Source: Squalus acanthias
Lineage: Eukaryota
Assembly (NCBI GenBank): GCA_030390025.1
Contig: CM059432.1
Span: 106,332,001-106,396,000 of the forward strand
DNA length: 64,000 nucleotides
Reading direction: 5' to 3'
The first letter of the stretch is position 1; every line of letters begins with the position of its first letter. A model generated the notes under the pieces. The model saw nothing but the letters and a program-made list of their open reading frames with translations. It ran no database searches and was not told the DNA's origin. The position numbers were made by a program, and so were the translations under genes. This document shows, piece after piece, positions 1-11,222 of the stretch.

Positions 1-400
1 CCCCGCGCGCACTCAAACCGCTTCCCCCGCCGCAGCGGCCATTTTGCTTGTCTAACCTTTCACCTCCGGTTCAAGCCCACTCATTTAAAAAAAATGGTTT
101 CTTAACCACGCGGGAAAACCCCCCCTCAAAACATCTCTTCTGCAAAATAAAATCAATTTCAAGACTGCTATATTTGTTGGGGGAAAAACAAAAAATATGT
201 TTTCTGCTATTCACTCAGATATCCGCCCCCACTCCACTCGGAGAAAAAAAACCCGGTGAATGTAAAAGATTTACGCGCATGCGTGAGGGGAACAAAAGTT
301 GCTATGGGTTACAGCGCATGTCCGATGATTGGAGGAAACCGTGACGTCATCGAGTGAACGTCACTACTGGCTTTGACGTAAAAGTCGTTATAATACAAAC
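1..400 (-). promoter_or_regulatory. CpG-rich promoter region of a gene extending off the left edge (possibly TAF2 by synteny)
   Basis: CpG-dense with clustered motifs: YY1-like CAAAATGGCCGC (minus, ~35-46), E2F-like GCGGGAAA 110-117, GC box ~223-229, NRF1-like GCGCATGCG ~275-283, ATTGG 328-332, perfect CRE TGACGTCA 342-349. Gene identity and strand are inferred from the human order TAF2-DSCC1. Confidence 0.6.
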
Positions 401-816
401 CTGTGGACAACCCTGGGGGATTGTCATGCATTCTCCAGCAATTAAAAATGCGAGCAACTTGGCAGAAAAATCATAGGGGCATTAAAAAGAATTGTATGTT
501 TTGTTATTTTCGTTGAAATATTTTTATTCAAATACAATAATACCTGTACAACTCATCAATTACATAGTAAATCCATTACATAGTAAATCCATTACATTCA
601 TCCATCACAGTAAAAAAATAAAGCCTTAAAAACAGCCTTATAATTAATATAAATGCAATGATTACTTTTACAAAGAATCAATAATGTTTACAATACAAAT
701 ACCCTTAAGCAATTCCACACAACTTTTTAGTTATTTTCGTTGAACACTTAGTTATAAAAATACTGGAGATGGGGGAAAAGAGCTGTTTGACTGGGCAGGA
801 TGGTTGAAGCTGGGGC

Positions 817-856
817 CACCACTTCTCTCAACCCCTCCACTGTCTTGAAATTGTCA
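817..856 (+). mobile_element. L2-type LINE fragment, part 1 (split by insertions)
   Basis: Reads straight into 2752 once the Penelope insert is removed; homologous to minus-strand L2 copies near 12.9 kb and 53.2 kb. Confidence 0.6.
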
Positions 857-909
857 AAAATGAGAAGTCGCACAACACCAGGTTATAGTCCAACAGATTT
901 ATTTAAAAT

Positions 910-945
910 TACAAGCTTTCGGAGCTGTCGCCCCTTCCTCAGGTA
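910..945 (-). ncRNA. Minimal type-I hammerhead ribozyme motif (Penelope 3' end)
   Basis: Minus strand reads UAC CUGAGGA A GGGGC GACA GCUCC GAAA GC UU GUA: both core boxes, stem II, palindromic stem III (AAGCUU) and stem I UAC/GUA. Confidence 0.7.
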
Positions 946-1175
946 GAGTAACTGTGAGAGAATCTATCAGAATTCACAGAATATAAACACAGAGAAAATG
1001 CATTCAAATCTTTCCCTACATCAAAGACACACTAAGAGCACAGCCAAGACAATGAGATGTGTCCCAGGGGGTCCAACGTGTCAAAACACCTGCTGGCTGC
1101 ATATCCTCTCCAGTTGGGTTTGTTTCTTGTGTTTGTTTTTTTTTAAAAGCTGGAAAGACCGGCAACGATGTCAAG

Positions 1176-2739
1176 TCACGTTCTGTATCGTGACATGAAC
1201 CCGATATCCTGATTGAGGCCATCCTCATGAGTGCGGAACTTGGCTATCAGTTTCTGCTCGATGATTTTGCATTGTCGTGTATCCCGAAGGCCGCCTTGGA
1301 GAACGCTAACCCGCAGATCCGAGGCTGAATGCCCCTGACTGCTGAAGTGTTCCCCGACTGGGAGGCAACCCTACTGCCTGGCGATTGTTGCGCGGTGTCC
1401 GTTCATACGTTGTCTCAGTGTCTGCATGGTCTCGCCGATGTACCATGCTCTGGGGCATCCTTTACTGCAACGTATCAGGTAGACAACGTTGGCCGAGTCA
1501 CATGAGTATGTACCATGTACCTGGTGGGTAGTGTCCTCACGTGTGATGACGGTATCTGTGTCCATGATCTGGCATGTCTTGCAGAGGTTGCCGTGGCAGG
1601 GTTGTGTGGTGTCGTGGTCGCTGTTCTCCTGAAAGATGGGTAATTTGCTGCGAACAATGGTACTTTTGAGGTTAGGCGGCTGCTTGAAGGCGAGTAGTGG
1701 AGACGTGGGGATGGCCTTAGCAAGGTGTTCGTCGTCATCGATGACATGTTGAAGGCTGCGAAGAACATGGCATAGTTTCTCCGCTCCGGGGAAGTACTGG
1801 ACGACGTAGGGTACTCTGTTGGTTGTGTCCCGTGTTCGCCTTCTGAGGAGGTCTATGCGGTTTTTCGCTGTGGCCCGTCGGAACTGTCGATCGACGAGTC
1901 GAGCGTCATATCCCGTTCTTACGAGGGCATCTTTCAGTGTCCGTAGGTGTCCATCGCGTTCCTCCTCGTCTGAGCAGATCCTGTGTATTCGCAGGGCTTG
2001 TCCATAGGGGATGGCTTCTTTAACGTGGTTAGGGTGGAAGCTGGAGAAGTGGAGCATCGTGAGGTTGTCCGTGGGCTTGCGGTAGAGTGAAGTGCTGAGG
2101 CGTCCGTCTTTGATGGAGATTCGTGTGTCCAAGAATGAAACCGATTCTGAGGAGTAGTCCATGGTGAGTTTGATGGTGGGATGGAACCTGTTGATGCTAT
2201 CGTGTAGTCCTTTCAGTGATCCTTCGCCGTGGGTCCAAAGGAAGAAGATGTCGTCGATGTATCTGGTGTACAGCGTTGGTTGGAGGTCCTGTGCAGCGAA
2301 GAAGTCTTGCTCGAACTTGTGCATGAAGATGTTGGCGTATTGGGGTGCGAATTTGGTCCCCATGGCTGTTCCGTGTGTTTGGGTAAAAAACTGGTTGTCG
2401 AAGGTGAAGACATTGTGGTCCAGGATGAAGCGGATGAGTTGTAGGATGGCGTCTGGAGATTGGCTGTTGTTGGTGTTGAGTACTGAGGCTGTCGCAGCGA
2501 TGCCGTCATTGTGGGGGATATTGGTGTAGAGTGCCGATACGTCCATCGTGACGAGGAGTGTTCCTGGTTCAACTGGTCCATGGGTGCTGAGTTTCTGCAA
2601 GAAGTCTGTAGTGTCGCGACAGAAGCTGGGGGTTCCCTGTACGATGGGTTTCAGGATGCCCTCGACGTACCCAGAGAGGTTCTCACACAGGGTTCCGTTG
2701 CCTGTTACGATAGGACGTCCGGGAGTGTTGGCTTTGTCA
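1176..2739 (-). pseudogene. Penelope RT-GIY-YIG ORF with one premature stop
   Basis: The ORF-track frame 1371..2792 continues past TAG 1371-1373 (GAG in the 50.4 kb copy) to TGA 1176-1178 (...GFMSRYRT*). Cys-rich linker PCHGNLCKTC and VVY..YIGET motif present. Confidence 0.88.
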
Positions 2740-2751
2740 TTGAAATTGTCA

Positions 2752-3186
2752 GACTGCTTGATGAGTATTGGATGAGCAGAAATTTCCTCCAATTAAATAT
2801 TGGGAAAAATGTCTCAAACTCTGTTCCCTAGCCACCGACTCTATCCCTATCGGCAGCATCTGTCTGAGGCTGAACCACACTATTCGCAACCTTGGTGTCA
2901 TATTTGACCCGGAAATGAGCTTCCGACCACATATCCGCGCCATAAGACCACCTAAATCCACCTCCGTAACATCGCCCATCTCCGCCCCTGCCTCAGCTCA
3001 TCCACTGCTGAAACCCTCATCCATGCCTTTGTTACCTCTAGACTTGACTATTCCAACGCACTCCTGGCTGGCCTCCCACGTTCTACCCTCTGTAAACGTG
3101 AGGTCATCCAAAACTCGCCTGCCCATGTCCTAACTCGCACCAAGTCCCATTCACCCATCACCCCTGTGCTCACTGACCTACATTGG
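2752..3186 (+). mobile_element. L2-type LINE fragment, part 2
   Basis: Encodes WMSRNFLQLN, RNLGVIFD and HAFVTSRLDYSN motifs typical of the L2 ORF2 C-terminal region. Confidence 0.8.
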
Positions 3187-3295
3187 GGAGAGAGAGCGGG
3201 AGTCGGGGAGAGAGAGCAGGAGTTGAGGAGAGAGAGCGGGAGTGAGCAGGAGTCGAGGAGAGAGAGCGGGAGTCGGGGAGAGAGAGCGGGAGGAT
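3187..3295 (+). repeat. GA-rich low-complexity tandem repeat (GGAGAGAGAGCGGGAGTC-like)
   Basis: Visible imperfect tandem units starting right after the ACATTGG duplication. Confidence 0.75.
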
Positions 3296-3460
3296 GGAGT
3301 CAGGGAGTGGAGACCTGGAGTAATACACAGGTTATCAAGGCTTCACAAGATGGCGGCCAGTGACCCCGCTCACCCGGGCAGTCACTGACCAGCCTGTATT
3401 CGGGGCATACACGGGGCCTGTGGGCTCTTATTCGGGGATTCAGGCCTACACCGGGTGTTT

Positions 3461-4308
3461 GAGGCCCAGGAGTGAGGACGAGGCCCAGGAGCGAGGACGA
3501 GGCCCAGGAGCAAGGCCAGGACCCAGGAGCAAGGCCAGGACCCAGGAGTGAGGACGAGGCCCAGGAGCGAGGACGGGACCCAGGAGCGAGGACGAGACCC
3601 AGGAGCTAGGACGAGGCCCAGGAGCGAGGACGAGGCCCAGGAGCGAGGTCGGGACCCAGGAGCGAGGTCGGGACCCAGGAGCGAGGTCGGGACCCAGGAG
3701 CGAGGACGAGGCCCAGGAGCGAGGTCGAGACCCAGGAGCGAGGTCGAGACCCAAGAGCAAGGACGAGGCCCAGGGGCGAGGTCGAGGCCCAGGAGCGAGG
3801 TCGGGACCCAGGAGCGAGGACGAGGCCCAGGGGCGAGGTCGAGGCCCAGGAGCGAGGTCAGGACCCAGGAGCGAGGACGAGGCCTAGGGGCGAGGACTGG
3901 GCCCAGGAGTGTGGTCGAGGCCCAGGAGCAGGGACGGGAGGAGCAGCGAGGTCGGAACCCAGTAGCGAGGACGGGACCCAGGAGCGAGGTCGAGGCCCAG
4001 GAGCGAGGTCAGAACCCAGGAGTGAGGACGAGGCCCAGGGGTGAGGAGGGGCCCAGGAGCGAAGAGGGGCCCAGGAGCGAGGACGGGACCCAGGAGCGAG
4101 GTCGAGGCCCAGGAGCGAGGTCGGGACCCAGGAGCAAGGATGAGGCCCAGGGTCGAGGACGAGGCCCAGGGCTGAGGAGGGGCCCAGGAAAGAAGAGGGG
4201 CCCAGGAGCAAGGACGGGACCCAGGAGCAAGGTCAAGGCCCAGGAGCGAGGTCGGGACCCAGGAGCAAGGACGAGGCCCAGGGGCGAGGACGAGGCCTAG
4301 GGGCGAGG
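3461..4308 (+). repeat. 19-bp minisatellite (CCCAGGAGCGAGGACGAGG)n, roughly 44 copies
   Basis: Unit read directly; it gives a 19-aa periodicity in the spurious ORFs. The array resumes briefly at 6829-6846 after the CR1 insertion. Confidence 0.92.
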
Positions 4309-4313
4309 ATGAG

Positions 4314-6828
4314 CCCAGCAGTCATCATGGGTGACTTTAATTTACATATAGATTGGGCTAACCAAATTAGTAAAAATACTGTGGAGGAGGAATTCCTAGA
4401 ATGTTTACGAGATGGTTTTCTGGAACAATATGTCGAGGAACCAACCAGAGATCAGGCCATCTTAGACTGGGTATTATGCAACGAGAAAGGATTAATTAGC
4501 AATCTTGTTGTACGAGGCCCCTTGGGTCAGAGTGATCATAATATGATAGAATTCTTCATTAGGATGGAGAGTGAAGTAGTTGAATCAGAGACTAGGGTCC
4601 TGAATTTAAATAAAGGAAACTACGATGGTATGAGGCACGAATTGGGTAGGATTGATTGGGGAATGTCACTCAAGGGGTTGACGGTGGATAGGCAATGGCA
4701 AACATTCAAAGACTGCATGGATGAACTACAGAATTTGTACATCCCAGTGTGGCATAAGAATAAAACAAAAAGGGTGACTCAACCGTGGCTAACAAGGGAA
4801 ATTAGGGATAGCATAAGATCCAAGGAGAGGGCATATAAATTGGCCAGAAAAAGCGGTAGCCCTGAGGATTGGGAGCAGTTTAGGATTCAACAAAGGAGGA
4901 CAAAGGGATTAATTAAGAAGGGGAAAATAGAATATGAAAGTAAGCTTGCTGGGAACATAAAAACTGACTGTAAGAGCTTTTATAGATATGTGATGAGAAA
5001 AAGATTAGTGAAATCAAGTGTAGGTCCCTTGCAGTCAGAAGCGGGGTAAGTTATAATGGGGAACAAAGAAATGGCAGCCCAATTAAATGCATATTTTGGT
5101 TCTATCTTCACAAAGGAGGACACAAATAAGCTCCCAGAGATGTTGGAGAACATACGGTCTGATGAAAGGGAGGAACTGAAAGAAATCAGTATTTGCAGGG
5201 AAATGGTGTTGGGGAAATTGACGGTATTGAAGGCCGATAAATCCCCAGAGCCTGATAATCTACATCCTAGGGTACTTAAGGAAGTGGCCCTAGAAATAGT
5301 AGATGCATTGCTGATCATCTTCCAACATTCGATGGAATCTGGAACAGTACCCATGGATTGGAGGGTAGCTAATGTTACCCCACTATTCAAAAAGGGTGGT
5401 AGAGAGAAAGCGGGGAATTACAGACCGGTAAGCCTGACATCGGTAGTGGGGGAAATGCTAGAGTCCATTATAAAGGATGTAATAGCTGAGCATTTGAAAA
5501 ACAGTGACAGGATCGGACAAAGTCAACATGGATTTACAAAAGGTAAATCATGCTTGACTAATCTACTGGAATTTTTTGAGGATGTACCTGGGAAAATAGA
5601 TAAGGGAGAACCAGTAGATGTGGTGTATTTGGACTTTCAAAAGGCTTTCGATAAGGTCCCGCATAAGAGATTAGCGGGTAAAGTTAAGGCACATGGGATT
5701 GGGGGCAAGGTATTGACTTGGATAGAGAACTGGTTGGCAGACAGAAAGCAAAGAGTTGGAATAAACGGGTCTTTTTCCGAGTGGCAAGCAGTGACTAGTG
5801 GGGTACCGCAGGGATCGGTCCTTGGACCCCAGCTATTCACAATATACATTAATGATCTAGATAAGGGAATTAAATGTAATATCTCCAAGTTTGCAGATGA
5901 CACAAAGCTGGGTGGGAGTGTGTGCAGCGAGGAGGATAGCGAGAAACTCCAGGATGATCTGGACAGGTTGGGTGAGTGGGCAGAAGCGTGGCAGATGCAA
6001 TATAACGTGGATAAGTGCGAGGTTATCCACTTTGGTGTCAAAAACAGAAAGGCAGACTATTATCTGAATGGTAATAGATTGGGAGAAGGGGAAGTGCAAC
6101 GAGACCTGGGTGTCCTTGTGCACCAGTCGCTGAAAGTAAGCATGCAGGTGCAGCAGGCGGTGAAGAAGGCAAATGGTATGTTGGCCTTCATAGCGAAAGG
6201 GTTTGAGTATAGGAACAGGGATGTCCTGCTGCAGTTGTACAGGGCCTTGGTGAGACCACACCTTGAGTACTGTGTGCAGTTTTGGTCGCCTTATCTGAGG
6301 AAGGATGTTCTTGCCATGGAAGGAGTTCAGCGAAGATTCACAAGGCTGATACCTGGGATGGCAGGAATGACATATGAGGAGAGATTGGGTCGATTGGGCT
6401 TATACTCACTGGAGTATAGAAGATTGAGAGGGGATCTCATCGAAACATATAAAATTCTGACAGGTCTGGACAAACTAGATGCAGGAAGAATGTTCCCGAT
6501 GGTCGGAGAGTCCAGAACCAGGGGTCATAATCTACGGATAACGGGTAAACCATTTAGGACAGAAATGAGGAAGAATTTCTTCACCCAGAGAGTGGTGAAC
6601 CTGTGGAATTCTCTACCACAGAAGGTAGTTGAGGCGAGGTCATTAAATATATTCACGGGTGAGTTAGATATATTTCTTAAAGCTAAAGGTATCAAGGGAT
6701 ATGGGGAGAAGGCAGGTACAGGGTACTGAGTTTAGATGATCAGCCATGATCTCATCGAATGGCGGAGCAGGCTCGAGGGGCCGAATGGCCTACTCCTGCT
6801 CCTATCTTCTATGTTTCTATGTTTCTAT
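4314..6828 (+). mobile_element. CR1 LINE, 5'-truncated, nearly intact ORF2 (partial APE endonuclease + RT)
   Basis: MGDFN, SDH, GVPQGSVLGP and KFADD motifs. ORFs 4309-5049 and 5056-6729 are in one frame, split by a single TAA. Tail is (TTCTATGT)n. Confidence 0.95.
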
Positions 6829-7079
6829 GAGGTCGAGGCCCAGGAGTGGCACAGCGTGGACCAGCAGCGGGGTCGGGAGGACCACACTGCAGCCTATGAA
6901 ACCCAGGCAGAGAGGACCTGCGGGAAGGAGGGAGGAGGACAGTAGGAGTATGTTTGTGTGTGTGTGTGCTAGGCCGATGTAGCAGAGCCTGGTCTCCAAT
7001 TGTCTTGGATCCCCTTGCCATTGGACCAAGACCTTGCTCTGTCAAGCCCGTGTGGTAGCTGGTGTGCAACGGCCACCCC

Positions 7080-10027
7080 ACTCATGGACAACCCCAACAG
7101 CGACAGACTGGAACGCCGTACTGCTATCGTTGCCCGGAAGCTCAGACGTTTCGACATAGACATCGCCGCCCTAAGCGAGACCCGGCGGGCAGGGGAAGGC
7201 CAGCTCAAGGAGCAAGGCGATGGTTACACCTTCTTCTGGAAAGGCAAACCTGAAGAAAAACGCCGCCTCCATGGGGTAGGCTTCACCATAAAAAATGAGC
7301 TAGTTGGATGTCTCAGAGACTCCCCTTGTGGAATAAACGAATGCCCCATGACTCTGCGGCTCACCCCAGCCCGGAACCAGTGCACTACAGTCATCAGTGC
7401 GTACGCCCCAACACTGGAAGTCACAGACGAGACCAAAGAGGAATTCTACTCCAGCCTCAAACAATCCCTGTCCAAAGTCCCAATGGGCGACAAGCTGATC
7501 CTCCTTGGAAACTTTAATGCCAGAGTTGGAAAGGACACAGACCTCTGGGGAGGTGTGATCGGCAGAGAGGGGGTAGGGAAAGCCAACTCCAACGGTACCC
7601 TCCTCCTGTTGAAATGCTCAGAACATGGCCTTGTCATAACCAACACCTTGTTCCGTCAGAGAGACAAGTACAAGGCTTCATGGCAACACTCTCGCTCCAA
7701 GCACTGGCTTCTGCTGGACTACATCATCGTCAGAGCGAGGGACCGCAAGGACGTCCGCATCACCCGCGCCATGACAGGAGCTGACGACTGCTGGACAGAC
7801 CACCCGCTAATCCGCTCTGTCATCTCCATCAACGTAGCCCCAAAACAGCGGCGGCAACAGAAGCAATGCCGCAGGAAAATCAATGCTGGAGCACTCAAAG
7901 ACCCTGCTAAGAAAGCCCTATTCAGCCTGTGCCTCACAACCAACCTGGTGACTCCCAGTGATTCAGAGACACAGAGTGTCCACAGCATGTCTGCACTCAA
8001 GGCCTCCATAATCAGCACCTGTGAAGAGACGCTCGGTCACTCGACCAGGAAACACCAAGACTCTGTCTTCAACGTGAGTGTCCTCAACTCCATCCCGCAG
8101 CATGCTACCTGCCACCACCTCAGCACAACACCAGCCCAGCATGAGGTTGAAAAGGTCATCCGACAACTGAAGAACAACAAGGCCTCAGGAGCAGATGGAA
8201 TCCCCACCGAGGCGCTAAAGCATGGCGGAGAAGCACTATTGGTGCGAATACATGAACTAATTTCTCTTATTTGGAAGGAGGAGAGCATGCCAGGGGATCT
8301 CAGAGATGCCGTAATCGTGACCATCTTCAAGAAAGGTGACAAGTCCGATTGCGGTAATTACAGAGGAGTCTCCCTGCTGTCTGCCAAAGGGAAAGTCATC
8401 GCAAGAATCCTCCTCAATCGCCTTCTCCCAGTGGCTGAAGAGCTCCTCCCAGAGTCGCAATGCGGATTCCGCCCACTAAGGGGCACAATGGACATGATCT
8501 TCACCGCGCGTCAATTACAAGAGAAATGCAGGGAACAGCACCAACCGCTGTTCAAGGCCTTCTTTGATCTCACAAAGACCTTCGACACCCTCAACCGTGA
8601 GGGATTATGGAGTGCCCTCCTCAAATTAAGCTGCCCTCAAAAGTTTGTCACCATTCTCCGCCTGCTTCACGACGACATGCAAACCGTGATCCTGACCAAT
8701 GGATCCAACACAGACCCAATTCACGTACGGACTGGGGTCAAGCAAGGCTGTGTCATCGTACCAACGCTCTTCTCGATCTTTCTTGTTGCAATGCTCCATC
8801 TCACCCTCAATAAGCTCCCCGCTGGAGTGGAGCTAATCTACAGAACAAATGGGAAACTGTTCAACCTCCATCGCCTCCAGTCCAGATCCAAGGTCGTCCC
8901 ATCCTCTGTCATCGAATTATAGTATGCATGACGCTTGCGTCTGCGCACACTTGGAGGTCGAACTCCAAACCATCGTCAACACCTTCACCGAAGCGTACGA
9001 GAGCATGGGCCTTATACTGTGGGTGTACCTTCACCACACGGACTGCAGCGGTTCAAGAAGGCGGCTCACCACCACCTTCTCAAGGGCAATTAGGGATGGG
9101 CAATAAATGCTGGCGTTGCCAGCGACGCCCAGATCCCATAAGCGAATTTAAAAAAAATGTTAAAATAAACATCCGTAAGACAAAGGTCCTCTTCCAACCT
9201 GCCCCCGCCACACAGTACTGCTCCCCGATTATCAAAATCCATGACGAGGCCTTGGACAACGTGGGCCACTTTCCATACCTCGGGAGCCTACTGTCAACAA
9301 GGGCAGACGTCGATGACGAAGTCCACCTTCAGTGTGCCAGTGCAACCTTTGGTCGCCTGAGGAAGAGAGTGTTTGAAGACCAGGACCTCAGGCCCGGCAC
9401 TAAGCTCATGGTCTACAGAGCAGTAGTAATACCCGCCCTGCTGTATGCTTCAGAGACATGGACCATGTATAGCAGGCACCTCAAAGCACTGGAGAGGTAC
9501 CACCAACGCTGCCTCCGCAAGATCCTGCAAATCCATTCTCGCTCAGGCCAACATCCCCAGCGTCGAAGCTTTGACCACGCTCGATCAGCTCCGATGGACG
9601 GGCCACATTGTCTGCATGCCCGATACGAGACTCCCAAAGCAAGCTCTCTACTCGGAGTTCCGACATGGCAAGAGAGCCCCAGGTGGGCAGAGGAAACGCT
9701 TCAAGGACACCCTCAAAGCCTCCTTGAAAAAGTGCAACATCCCCACCGACACCTGGGAATCCCTGGCCCAAGACCGCACAAAGTGGAGGAGAAGCATCCG
9801 GGAAGGTGCCGAACACCTCGAGTCTCTTCGCCGGGAGCAAGCGGAAGCCAAGCGCAAACAGTGGAAGGAGCGCACGTCAACCCAAGAACCCCACCCACCC
9901 GCCCCTTCAACCACGTCTGCCCCACCTGTGACAGAGACTGTATTGGACTCATCAGTCACCTGAGAACTCATTTTTAGTGTGGAAGCAAGTCATCCTCGGT
10001 TCTGAGCGACTGCCTAAGAAGAGGACG
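7080..10027 (+). mobile_element. RTE-clade LINE (BovB/RTE-1-like), degenerate
   Basis: APE motifs (ALSETR, SAYAPT, WTDH), RT motifs (GVKQGC, broken QYADD at ~8920), C-terminal CPTCDR..HLRTH, and a short (AAG)n-type tail. Confidence 0.92.
9018..9160 (+). mobile_element. 3' end of a CR1/L2-group LINE (here called family B) inserted in the RTE
   Basis: Matches the family-B 3' ends at 22.4, 39.3 and 59.7 kb; interrupts the RTE peptide MGL.LNIRK. Confidence 0.8.
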
Positions 10028-10034
10028 ACATTGG

Positions 10035-10428
10035 CTCCCAGTTAAGCAACGCCTCGATTTTAAAATTCTCATCCTTGTTTTCAAACCCCTCCATGGCCTC
10101 GCCCCTCCCTATCTCTGCAATCTCCTCCAGCCCCACAAATCCTGAGATATCTGCCATCCTCTCATTTTAGCCTCTTGAGCATCCCTGATTATAATCGCTC
10201 CACCATTGGTGGCCGTGCCTTCAGCTGCCTCGGCCCTAAGCACTGGAATTCCCTCCCTCAACCTCTCCAACTCTCTACCTCTCTTTCCCCTTTAAGACGC
10301 TCCTTAAAACTTACCTCTTAAACCAAGCTTTTGGTCATTTGCCCTAATTTCTCCTTATGTGGCTTGTGTTAAATTTTGTTTTATTACACTCCTGTGAAGT
10401 GCTATATAAATACAAGTTGTTGTTGTTG
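10035..10428 (+). mobile_element. L2-type LINE fragment, part 3 (3' end)
   Basis: Resumes LHW|LPVKQRLDFKIL from 3186; ends in a (GTT)n tail. Confidence 0.82.
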
Positions 10429-11109
10429 AAACCTTCTGACTTAGAGGCAAGAGTGCTACCAACTGAGCCACCGCTGACACAATGGGTGTGCTTGAAACAT
10501 ACAAGGTTCTCTGTGCACTGAGGAGCTGAATCCCGTGTAACATCCTCTCAGTCTGAATGTTTGCAAAAGAACTAAGCATATTAGGTGGAACAAAGGTGGA
10601 ACAAGGACACGATACCAAGTGTACCTTATTGGAATGTAGTAGTGCCAACACCAATGGAAACTACAAATAAAGTAAATGGAATTCTTTTCAAGTGTAATGA
10701 AAAATGAATGTACCACTAACAACACTGATGTTATAACACGGTGCCAAATGGAAATGTAGCAAAAACAGAAAATGCAGGCCAGGCAGCATTTGAAAAGAAA
10801 GGAGAAAAGTTCATGGTTCGGGTATAACCCTTTCCAGACATGCTTACCTTGAAGAGGTCTGTTCCAGGAATGCCTACCTTGAAGAAGTTCTGCTCCTCTC
10901 TTTGATATGATTTCTGTTTCTTTCTTTTACCCTGTTCATCTTCATTGCTGTCACTCTCCCTTCTTGTGTTTGATCATGTATTTGCTGAGACTCGCTTTCA
11001 CAGCCACATCTCTTTTCTTAGCAACTGTTTCCAGCTTCGGCTCATTCCACGTTGATTTCATCTTAAATTCCACCCTTCCTGTTTCAGATCCACCCATGAG
11101 TTCTGGTTG

Positions 11110-11222
11110 TACCTGAACCATTAACTTTTTTTCCTTTCATTACATATGCTGCCTGACCTGCTGAGTGTTTGCAGCATTTTCTGTTTTTGTTTCAGATTTC
11201 CAACATCTGCAGTATTTTATTT
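11110..11222 (+). mobile_element. 3' terminal fragment of the second Penelope-type repeat family
   Basis: GCTGCCTGACCTGCTGAG..CAGCATTTTCTG..CAGATTTCCA block shared with copies at 37.9, 59.3 and 62.3 kb. Confidence 0.6.

Larger units (their letters stand above)
857..2739 (-). mobile_element. Penelope-like retroelement (Neptune-like), 5'-truncated
   Basis: Encodes RT (GTAMG, YIDDIF) plus GIY-YIG endonuclease. 12-bp TSD TTGAAATTGTCA at 845-856 and 2740-2751. 3' terminus shared with the copy at 49.8 kb. Confidence 0.92.

Noticed and set aside
559..597. 16-bp tandem duplication TTACATAGTAAATCCA
   Set aside because: Ordinary slippage repeat with no supporting context.
2740..2792. N-terminus MEEISAHP.. 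of the 473-aa ORF
   Set aside because: It lies outside the Penelope TSD and is antisense L2 sequence that happens to be in frame.
3446..4300. Arg/Gly/Pro-rich ORFs up to 250 aa on both strands
   Set aside because: By-products of a stop-poor 19-bp minisatellite, with no sign of a real gene.
3461..4308. CRISPR-like array
   Set aside because: Units are head-to-tail with no unique spacers, there are no cas genes, and the context is vertebrate.
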